From Phoronis australis (lineage: Eukaryota; Animalia; Phoronida): 46,196 nt of DNA. The stretch covers positions 1 through 46,196 of the forward strand of contig NMRA01001140.1 in the NCBI GenBank assembly GCA_002633005.1, given 5' to 3'. Position numbers and translations under genes: made by a program. How positions within the stretch are numbered: position 1 is the stretch's first letter; every line of letters starts with the position of its first letter. Shown in pieces: positions 11,901-23,900 of the stretch. Below the pieces are notes generated by a model. It saw nothing but the letters and a program-made list of their open reading frames with translations. It searched no databases and had not been told where the DNA came from.

Positions 11901-14900
11901 GTTTTGTAAAGGATAATAAATACATAAAAAACCTTAGTGGGCATAATTTCACATCTTAATTATTTGATTTCTGTTGTTTACTCGTTTGCTATAAACTCCA
12001 TGTAACGTTGAGATACTTTTAGTTAACAATTTGTTTTTCAAACTGATATCACGTATTCGTTGGTTCCTCACCCTTTCCCAAAAAAACTTGAATCTGCCAT
12101 TCACTGAAGAGCAGACGAGAATATTACACTTAGCCGGGAACGACATTTGCAACGTTGGTGGATCACTGATTTGATTTAGTCGCGTTATTTTTTTTTTTTG
12201 GCTTTTGGCTTTCAAACCTGCCGAATCGACTCTCCTATTTTGCAGAAAAACAGGGAAAAGCCAGCTCGCTGGTCCTGCAAGTCAGCGCTCGTTCTAAGTT
12301 CAGATCCAGTCGAGCTTGTGTAGACTCGGTAGAGGGGGTCGTGGATCGTGGTCGAGGGTGTCGTGGGTTATGGGTCGAGGAGGTCGTGAGTCGAGGGGTC
12401 TTGGGTCGAGCGGGTCGTGAGTCGGCGGGGTCGTGGAGTGTGGGTGTATAATTGGAATGCTTAAGGTTTTAAAAGTCATCATTAATTAGTTGCACCAGCC
12501 TTCGAAATGTCAGAAGCAGAGCAACTTGTAAATTCATAAAAACAGCCATGAACAATCGCTATTCAGAGCAAATCCTGGGATCGTAACGACTACGATCCTA
12601 ACTATCTTACGCGTAAATGCGCAACACATCTGTTGTTGACTCTGGGAAAGGATTTGTATATTAAGATGGCACGATGTCGGAATGGAGATGGTATGTACAG
12701 ATGACAGTCATCTGCGGTAGCTGAAAGCTAAGCATTGGCCAGCACTGTTTTAACACACTAGATGCAACATCACAAGCTGTTGCCAATTCAATCACAAGCT
12801 TCCCATTTCAAGGACCGTCCTCCTTACGTGAAGGTATGGCTTTCCCATGTGAAGGTCCGTCTTTTGCATCTGAACTTTTATCCTCCCCATCCACAGTCCA
12901 CACTTCTCGTTGTATAGCCAACATTGCTTAATTTGGTAATGTTTTGAAGTTCAGATATGATTTTTTGAGCACCTTATTTTTGCGGGACCTTGCTTTCTTG
13001 TTTTTGCGAAACCGATTTGGAATAAACTAATAAGTATATGTCATTGCTACCAGATTTCAACCAACATTCTGGTTATGGTTACCAGTATAATTCACGAGTC
13101 ATGATTGGATTCTGGTATGATATACACGGCTTGGCAAACTCTGGAATTTATTAAAACCTTTCAATTTCACAAATGTCGGTCTCGACCACTTACTACTTCC
13201 CAAGCTATAATTTAAAAAATATGGCATGCTCACCACGTTCCACTCAGTCTTCAAGTCTGATTGCTAAATCAGAATGGTCTGTACATTTTTATTCGGCATT
13301 TGGGAGTGAAATTGCCAGGCCAATCTTTGAAGAGACGTACTTTTCAGTTCTAAATATTTTAACTTGTGTATTTGTGTATTCAGGCCTTCAGTAACCTGGG
13401 AGTCTTTGTCGCCTTGACGGGGGTGGAGATATGGTCGGCGGACGATCACATAAATATCACAACCGACGTTGACGAAACACTGAGCGCATTTGTGGTTTAT
13501 AACGCAAAGCAGATCAGACCGTTTTTTAAGAGCGACACTACGCATCTAATAACGTAAAATTTCTTAAATTTACGGTCTTTTAAGCGTTTCGTACTCTACG
13601 CCCAGATATATATTTAATTTTAGCCCATATACTGTTCCCATTCTCGAAAGTCAAAAAGTACCCGAGGTAGGAAACTTGTTGGAGCGGCAAATTAAAATTG
13701 GCTTTAAAATTATATTCTTTCATGTATTGTATCAATTAATAAGTTTGCTAAATGCGCAAGTATTATTTAGACTTTGATTTAAGTGTTGAATGGTTGTAGA
13801 TATACCGTCTACTTAGAGACACGAATCATTCTATAATTTAACAGAATACTGCTTCTTCTCTCATCTGCTTTAATCATGGCTTTCTGGAAACTCACTTACC
13901 GGTACCTCTTATTAAGGATGGCATCAAGTTGTTTCTTGTTAGACATGGCTTCCTGATGCCATGGTTCAATTTTGAATGAACAGAGCTGAACTTGGGGAAT
14001 TGGCAAATTTAAGGTGAAGATAAATCTGTGCCAAAAGAAAGGGCGGTCAGGTGAATTGGAAGAATCTTTATCACGAGCAGGATATATAGATGGGTCTACT
14101 GCAACGTTCTATAGAGTTATCGGTGGACATGGACAATCGCAGGGTATTCCGAGGCCATCAATTATCAGAGGATACTCAGTAGATATATTACTAGAGTTAA
14201 CCTGGTTTAATGTTGTTTCCAGGCGAAAAAATTTCAACAACGTATATGGGAAGGCTTATTTGGGCACAGTTTGCGTGTTCAGTCATTCGGTGGGAGCGAC
14301 CGTGGTAAGTGTTTAGGTATTCAACCGTTCAGTGGGACCAACTGTGGTAAATGTTTTCGTATTCAATTATTTGGTGGGAGTCATCTTGGTGAGTGTTTGC
14401 GTATTCAGTCATTTTATGACAGCAACAGTGGTGAGTGTTTGCGTGTTCAGTGAGTGTTTTGTACTTTCAATCATTCGGATGGGAATGACTGCGGTTAGTG
14501 CGCTTAGTGATCGCGCTTTCAATCATTCGGTTGGAGTGACCGTGGTAAGTGATTGCGTGTTCAATCATTCAGTGGTAGTGATCGTGGTGTTTGCGTATTC
14601 AGTCTTTTGGTAGGAGCAACCATTGTAAGTGCTCGCGCGTTCAATCATTTAGTGTGAGTGACCGTGGTAAGTAAGTGGTTGCGCGTTCAATCATGAGTGG
14701 CCGTGGTAAGTCCTGAACCTCACACTTTAATCCCAAGGGCTCTGCTGGTTGCTCAACATTGAATCTGAACGCACCTTAGAAGACTGTCTTCCTCTCTCAA
14801 GTTGAGCTATTGCATGTTCGTCACAAAACATGCATGGTCTAACGAATTTTCTTTTGTCGTGTCCCACGATTATCTTATTTTAAAGACACTTTGTAGAAAA

Positions 14901-17900
14901 TGAAAACACGGCAAGGATTCCAGATGCTTGGAACCATATAACACATATCCGTTTAATGTTGCATTTTGCCCTCTTTAGGTGGCTATAAACTCAAATCCAG
15001 TTGGACCTTTACCGCTCACAAAATCACTAATCCTAAGAGTAATAGCATTCTGTTTCCCATAACGACAAGAACGTCAAAATTATCATTCATTCAAGAAGGA
15101 AACGCTTCGAAATTCAATGAGGTTGACCAATTCTAAATTTGCCATTTCTAAGACGGCACTTGTACCCATTGCTGGGAACCATATTTAGTGAAAGAAATAG
15201 AATGTTATCACTGCAACGAAAAATATTAGAACAATTTGATGAGAGTGCAAGGCAAAATATAAACTTCGATCTTTACTCAGCTAATCGGGGTTAAATTCAA
15301 CTTTGAATGTGTCGACAGTCTCTAAGTTTTTGATCCACGTTTTCTTTGAAACAACTGTTCGTAATGACGTAATCACGGGCATGACAGCAGATATACAACG
15401 TGGTAGACACGATGAAAGAACATTCCCGAATTGAGCACCACTGAGCGAGGAAGACTACCTGCAAAATATGTCTTTGGTCTGCGAAGGTCTAAGAGGTACG
15501 AGTTCAATAATATGTTTTTTGCCTTACTCTTTGATCATTATTGCTTTCTCAGTTTCTCTATTCGTGTACTGAAAACTTCAAACCATTCCAGGACATTGCA
15601 GAGAACTTAGAACGAACTGCCAAAACGTTAGCCCATGAGCTTGGACACAGTTTGGGATTTGATCACGATAGCCATGCATGCAAATGCCCCCAAGAACGAT
15701 GTCTGATGGCTCCGGAATCATTTGGATCGTAAGCACAAAAGTGGACAAATTTCGTGGTCATCTAATTTTATTGTCGAGTGCTAAGCTAATAGGCCTACAT
15801 CACACTATCGGCCATTATTCTTAAAACGAGGCTACACATGCATCCTTCTCTCCAAGATGGCGGCTGAGCCTATAGACATTGGTGCTGAGCAGGGTTAAAC
15901 AAAATACTCATCAGGAACACTGTTGCGAGTCAAAATGTGTGTATGATAAGGGAAAACAAGCAGAATTTTCTTCTTAGTTGTTCTTAACGGACGAGACGCT
16001 AGGGAAGGTATGAATTCACAAAGTACAACGGGATCCCCGGATGGCCCTTGTTTGAAGGTTCAGTGTCGCGACTTGTTTGTTTGGAATCGAGCGATGTTGT
16101 GTCTTTGATTCGAGTTGATTTTCCTCGATTGCGTGTTTTTTTCGCATCAAGCTTCGCAACATGTGAATTTACTCTCGATTCTTTTCAAGTGATGCCAACT
16201 AAAGAAACGGTAAAATCGTCTAAACACACTGCGGAACTTCCTTAGTGTCCGTGCAATATCCCTCCACATGCTTAAACGTCAACTTAAGCAAATCTTTAAA
16301 CGACTTTGACTAAACGTTTCACCATTGTTTACATTAACAGATTAAGCAGACGCATGTGTAACCTCGTTTTGAAACCCGGTAGTTGGAAGTGCGCGTGCGT
16401 GTGGTATATGAGTATCCGCATCCAAGGCATTGCTTTTTACTACTGTTTGTGCGGGCTGTTTACAAAGCTTTGGTTAACATTGATCTGGGGAGCCTCTTTC
16501 GCCCAGCTTCACCGGAAATGGTACTCATGAATTTGGTCAATGCTTGCACATGCGATGTCACATTTTTGTGGTCAGTCGGTTATCAAAATTAATTCGCCAT
16601 ATCACTCATGTAGCTAATGTTTTGCGTATTTTAAGTATTATCTAGGACAATATTGGCATACTAAATTCAAATAACCTCAGTTTGAAAACGCCACGACTGA
16701 AGCCAGTAATACCCATAAGTTGTATGCTGGTTTTGCGTGACAGTTTTGGAGTGTTCAACCTCAGTTATTACGAGATAAAACAGAAGTTTGAAATATTCAC
16801 CCCTGTCCTATTAGGTAACTTGGCATACATATTCACAGTCTTGAACCAAAGAAAACTGCTGGTAGATATCGCCAATGAGCGTCTAATTGCACCATGCACT
16901 CACGGTGTCGTTCTCTCTCCTCATTCTACTAGCTTTCAAGTCGAGGTGATGCAATAACGTGACCTCCCTGTACACAAAAAGCAAACGTCTGTGCAAGACT
17001 GATTGTATTGACATTTGGTTCCTACAGGGATACTTCGTTTTCGTGGTCTGACTGTTCTTCACTGTACTTAATGTACACCGCTCACTTGGGTAGAGACATC
17101 TGTTTACTGAACGTTCCTGACAGTATCACGTATGATCCAGAATGTGGCAATGGGTTAGTTGAAGATGGGGAACAGTGTGACTGTGGTCTGGTGAAGTTCT
17201 GTAGCAACAAATGCTGCCAGGCTGAGACGTGCAAATTGGTGGAGAATGCTCATTGTGCTACGGGACCATGTTGCGACCTCGACACCTGCTCTGTAAGACT
17301 TTAGCATTACGCTGAATGGCACTTCACTTCAGCGTAACTTAATTTGTTTGGACCTACAAAAACCGCTGTGCGAACCCTTCGAATGCGAAATGGTATATAC
17401 GTTTCTGGTAATAACTAACCTACAGGGTAAACTGAAATGCATGAAAGTGTTCAAGGAACCCTTCGCACACAAATCCTGTCGACATCACGAGTGAGATGCT
17501 CCACTTGCAAACGTTTTGTAATGGCCTATCACTGCAAGTCGAAAGACACGCTGGCTCGGGTGTTTTCCTTTTCTTAAAACTGACACCGAACGTATCGAAC
17601 ATTGTTCCTACGGACTGTGCATAAACCCCCTACATCGACGGATGAGGAAAGGCATGCTATCTAGCCCTAACCTCTCCATGAGCCATTTGATTTTGTATAC
17701 CTGACCCTGTTGCTACAGTGTAGTAAGATCATTACGAGAATACACACCTCGGTTAACAATTCAGAGATGCAGCGACGTTATCCCTGCATGTCAAAAGGAG
17801 CCATGCCATAATTTGCTCTAATATGTACATGTACCTGGAGGGAAAATGCTTGTATGGAAAAAGTATCATTTCCAACAAAAATAACGAGATTCATAGGTCA

Positions 17901-20900
17901 TGTTTAACACCATGCCAGGAAGCAGATTTAATGAAGCAGTTTATGCTAAGTATCTCCATTAACCACAACCTTCCAAGACGCCATTCAAGTAGTTCGACCT
18001 TTTCGAAGCAACGTTATTGAACAATTGTTTCTTCAGAGTCGTCTATAGTCTTGACCTTGAATGATCTGGAAGTAAAACAGGGAAGCCATTTGCAGCTGGA
18101 ATTCTCACGAACCAACCCCAACAGCCATCCTCGTTGTAAATTGTGCTAGCACTCTACGCCATCTTTCTGACGCAGTAGTTGTAAATGGCAATCCATTCGC
18201 TTACGCGAAAGAATAAGTGACAAACTTCGCCCTCTGTTGGAAAAATTTGGTTAGTTCAGGATTGTCAAATCTGAATCGACGAAACACGACTTAGTTGACG
18301 AAACTGATCATAGCGGCGGATGCAGGATATAATAAGTGGGAGGCCACATTTTATCTCATAGACAATCGCGCCAAAGCGTAATTATAGAGGTGCGTAGCTT
18401 CAAATGGGGCGATGTCGGGTAGGGGGTCTCCCCCTTCAGCCCAGGGGAAAATTTTGTTTTTGCCCTCTGAAAACAAGCATTTTCCTTAAATTCTGAAGTA
18501 CTATCAGCCCTCGACGTCTCTACTGTGGCCAGGTGAAATAAATAAGAAAATTTGTAAACTTGCAAGGATTCAAACTTGCAACCTATTAATTAGGGCACGC
18601 GTGCTCTTCCACTGCGCCAACTTTCAACTACAACACTATGCTAGGAGGCACATTTGTTTATGGCAAACAGCGTTCGCGCGTGAACCTGCTTCTGTCGGTA
18701 ATGTTTATTTCACGATTTATATTTTTTGCAACCAGTTCGTAGCAAAATGTTTGTGTTTAAAACAGTCTATTTATATTTTGTGCAACCAGTTCGTAGCAAA
18801 ATGTTTGTGTTTAAATAGTCTGCAGTTGCCCAAAAGAGCAAATCCATTTCTTTTGTTTTGGCATTAACCACGCGCTTTCTTTACAAATCGTCTCAATTTG
18901 ATTATTTGACAAAGAGAGAGTTGTGAATTTGTGAGTTATTCAGTAAGGTTTCGATTAAATTGTAAATGTTAGCAGCAGCATTTGCTTTTACAAGGTCACT
19001 CAACTTCTTGTTACGCTGTGGAGAATGCGACAAAAACGAGGTGGTAGTGCGTAGTTACCATTACGATTGTGTCGTATGTATGAATTGATCTGAGCCCCAC
19101 CTCGCCCCCCCCCGCTTTCCCCCACACGCACACACAAACTAAATCTCCACACATTGTCAAATCTTTTTTCAGTCGTATAATGTTCATTGCAATTAACAAA
19201 TTCAAGATTTCCCCACGGTTTTGGCGCTTTATTTTTGCGGCTACCAAAGGGGTCCCTGCCCCTCCTAAATCCGCCTATGCATCAGTTGACATTGCATCAA
19301 CGAACCGCAGTTGAAGTGACAGAACAAAATCCACTGAACTGGTTGAATATGCAAAAACGAAACATAATCAATTTTATAAAGCACCATAATTGAATTTAGG
19401 AAACAGCATTATGTATGCGATAAATGATAAAAATGGATAAAATGAAATTGTTAAGTTGACATCGGATTCACGAAATGGCACAAAATATACGAAATGAAGC
19501 AGTTGAGTTGACGTCGGATTCACAAAATACCATTGGATTTGCAGCATTATAAGATTGAGTTCATTTCCTTGCTTTGACTGTCCAATAGTTATTTTGGCAC
19601 CAAATGCTTACAAATGGATAATCGCACGTTGAATAATTGTCCCTTTTAGATAACAGCTGGATCAGTTTGCCGAGTGTCAAGAGGATTCTGCGACACTCCC
19701 GAATACTGTACAGGAGAAACTGAATTCTGTCCAGCCGATCTTCACAAGCCGAACGGGACAAGGTGCTCGTTTCAAGGAGAAAATGTAGGTCATTATTTTT
19801 GCAGTTTACGCACCAGCATCAGCGGAGACGGCAGCGGCAGCAACACCACCAACACGTACCGCAGTGATTGTAGCAGCATCAGCGGAAGCGGCGGCGGCAG
19901 CAGCACCAGCCTTATAATCAACGTTGATAGATATCTTGGTTATGCACCCTTGGATAAGTTCAGTTCGTGCATGTTTAACTTTAGTACCGCTGTGTTTTCA
20001 GTCCTACTGCTACAATGGAAAGTGTAACACTGTCAAAGGTGCCTGTCAGCAGATCTATGGTCCAGCGTCAGTTGCGTGTCACGAGAACTTTCAACTGAAT
20101 GCCCTCGGCGGCCATTTTGGCGATTGTGGTCATGATTTTCTGGAGGACACTGTGACTGCGTGCCATCTAGAGTAAGTCGAGGAAAAGCGATGTCAATAAA
20201 GTCATGTTGGGAACGCAGAACTAAGCGCCCATTTCATAAAAGAGCATGGCAGTTCTTGGCCAGATGGTCAGTAGAAAGTCGAATAGTAAAAACAACAATC
20301 AATGTCATCATCAGAATTGTAGTCAGTACGCAAATGGGATAAATATGTACATAGGTGAGAAAAGCAATTGGTTGTTTAATATCACAGTTTGTGCACCCTA
20401 AACTCCTGATGATGTTATTGAGTATTATTGAAACGTGGATGCGAAGCACAGCATCTTTTCTACTATTTAACTTTTTACACAGGAACTACCTTAATACTTC
20501 ATTCAGGAATTGTTTTTTTCATACGCAAAAAGTCATCTCATGATTACTAAGTGGGTCTCTAAGTGAAACCGAAGTCGTTTTGTGGCTTTTTGTGAAACAC
20601 AACAATGAATTCCAGTGATTTAGGTTTGTTTTGAGTTGACAAATGAGGCCGTATGATGCTAAAGCAAGAACTATACTGTTCTGAGTCAACTATGGCATGG
20701 GTTTGCAGAATTAGGAAGCAGACGTCCCTAAAATTAAAATTCTAAAACGGTTTCACAATGCATGCAACGCGGGGTAAACTTTGGAGGTAATTCTAGTAAA
20801 CTTTTGGAAAAAAATTACCTCTACGATTTAACAGATCAAGCAAAGGGTTTCTTCAAATAGTCACGTTTTTGATCAGCTTTTCCTTTTTGGATGGTTTGAG

Positions 20901-23900
20901 GCCTAAACCATGTAATGCTTCTTGCCCTAAAATTATTCCCATCTATTCCGTTAATGGGGGTTGCCTCTACCAGTAAAACCTCGTAGGTCTTCCCTTGAAC
21001 ACTGAGATCTTTTGACACATTTCATCATCTATTACAATGAAGTAATAACACAACGATGTCTAACAGTATTATGACACTACAACAGACACTTTGCGTATTG
21101 TGTTATTCATAGAAATGTTGGCTGTGGTCGGCTCCACTGTTACTTGGGTAATCCAGAAGATATCACGTGGTTGGACGACGGTCTCCATAACACCAGTTAC
21201 CACCAAAGTGCGACGTCCCCAGCCCAGTGCGCAAAGACCGTGTTTTACTATGGCGAGGGTAGAAACTTCGACCGAGGCATGGCACCAGATGGCACAGTGT
21301 GTGGGGATGGCAAGGTGGGAATGTTCTGTAGGATAGCTACAAAATGGTTTGGCTGATCTGTATACATGTATTGTGTTTAACTGCAAGCGTCTAGGGCCGC
21401 CTAACGCCAGCGATATTCACTAACGTGGATTTCTGGGTAAAACGTTTGTTAGATGTTTTGAGGGAAATCGGACTATATCTGAACAGCATTTATTCATCCA
21501 ATGGATTTTTATGCGCCATCGTCTTCAACCCCACTGCGAACCATATTACTGTATCTAATTTGTGGCGTACTGCGAAAGTGTTGAGATGACACGAACTATT
21601 AGTTTATGATCAGCTGACGGCACCAGCTTGGAATATGATCACCAAGGCAGGGCTTTGTGTCTCATAATAAAATAGCATCAACATGCAACAGATTTGAGAT
21701 GATTTACAACTTATTAAGTTAGGCCCAGTTGCATAAAAGTTATACGTTGCATAACAACAATGACGTTGCATTATCACTCGCCACGTCGTTATTGTTCAAC
21801 AATGCACCAGACGTCATGCAACAATCAAACTTATGCAGCGTACTAGGGTAAATGAACTATCGGTTACAAAAACGTGACCTTTGTTTTTAGCCTACCAGAT
21901 TCTATGTACACTTTTGGTTGCAGATTTGTCTGAGGCAGGAATGCAAATCTTTAGAGGATGTTGTCACGTGCGGAGATAACTGCAATCGTCGTGCGGTTTG
22001 TTTTTGTTATGATACAGTTAGCTGCTTTATGAGAAAAACGCTTCCAATATACGTATTACTTTGGGTTATTTTTCGTTGGCAGAGCGAATTACCGGATTAT
22101 TAACGTGTTCACAAGAAAATAAATTCGCATAAAAATACCCTCTCCCTTGCCTGATCCTTGCACGCGTGAACATAATTCTGGCCTGTGTTTACATGTTTAA
22201 AATACATCCAGGGTGCATCAGGGACGTGCATGAATGGTAAACTCGATGCAGGTGAAGAATGCGACTGTGGTTTACCGAACAAATGTACGAACAAGTGCTG
22301 CCATCCGTATACCTGCCGGCTGGTGAAGGGCGCTAGCTGCGCCCATGGTGGATGCTGTAACAATGACACGTGTCAGGTAAATAGCTCGTGTGAAGGTTTC
22401 CGAAATTAGCAAAAACACACAATCTTCACTCTATCGAATAATCTCATGTATAGGCAAGTGAGACAACTATCCACCTACATGTGTAGCTTCACTTCTCATA
22501 AGCAGCGTTTCCAGAGTGCTGGGATGGAGCGTGTGAAACAAAACTCGTTTTCCCTTAAAACGAGACGACACAATACAGTTACTGAGTACTGAAACTTCGC
22601 CTTCGTCGTATTCTGCCGCCCCCACACCATCAAAATCCCTGTACTTAAGTTCTAAAGCACCCAATCGACACAACCATTTATCCTCATTCCGTCATCACCA
22701 CTTTTGCCTCTGCTCTTTCCGATTGCCATAGGAGTACATTTGTTCTGCTGTTTACGGGCAAACTATACAGAGCTGGAACTTGCATCACTTTAAGTTTATG
22801 TTTTCCGAAACATAGTTTTTTAAAATTTCGTTCCAGATTGGCTGCAGGACTTTGTAGTGCCAAATGCAACCTAAACCTTACTTTCATATATAATCATGAT
22901 ATGATTGCAAAAATACACACTAATTAAATATTTCGTCACCAGTCGAACACGAAAATTACCATCCAGTAAAACCAGTTACAAGAGACCAGACATTTGAATC
23001 AGCTTGCTGGTCAATTTGAAGAAGGTCCCGCGACCTGGTGACTTTACAACAAACTGTGTTGATTATGGCCTTTTCTCACATCTGGGATTGTTTTATAAGT
23101 TGTGTCTGCCCTCCCAAGTGTATATTTGACAGAATTAGTTTGATGGGGGTAATGGAGGGGAAAGGAATAATTACGCGGACTTTCTGCCAAGATTGGGAAG
23201 GATATAACTAAAGGGGGTTGTCATATTTGGGTCGTTTTGGAAGGCAGGGAAGAAAATGTCGATAACAAGGGACCTTGAAGAAGCTGCCAGTTAAGGTGAA
23301 AACTTGCTGTGTAAGATCTATTTATGTCACGTTTTCTGGGAAGCATGATTAAATGTCCATTTAAGCTATCTGACACCTATTAAAGGAAAACTCCAACAGA
23401 AATGACCCGATTAGAGCCTCAAGACTTAATCTGCTCAGTAAACGTCTTCAATTTGGCTGAATCGGGGTGGGGGTTGTCCTGCGGCTCTCTACTAATACAC
23501 ATATGCATGTTTCGACCAAAGTTGTGGCATGACTATAGCGAGGGCATACGTAAAACGTCGGTTATTTACCTAATCGCAACTGATTTTGGGCTTGAAAAAC
23601 CAGATCGGTTCAGCTCCAACAGCGTGTTCCACAAGAATTACAACACCTGAAAATACGATCACTATATTGGACCAAAGACTTCAAAAACCTTGAACAAAGT
23701 CTATTGAAAATGATTCCAAAGTATAATTGTCTACCTTTTACGACTTTCAGAAGTGCAGCAGGCTACCTGAAAAACGAGCAAAAAGTCAGATCATCAAATT
23801 TTGTCCAAAGCCAACATTTGATTACGATTACTACGCACTGGGAGATGGTGCATTTAGACTGCCAAATTTTATTCATTACACACACCAGATGAAAAGTGGC

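Noticed and set aside
14269-14710. Regularly spaced repeats that might suggest a CRISPR array or a repeat-protein ORF (14332-14613)
   Set aside because: The units are head-to-tail degenerate copies without unique spacers, in a eukaryotic intron. The ORF is a by-product of the 42-bp period and is cut off from the exon by a TAG.
18560-18621. Functional tRNA gene
   Set aside because: The anticodon arm and acceptor stem are degenerate and it is embedded in a repeat. Treated as a tRNA-derived relic.
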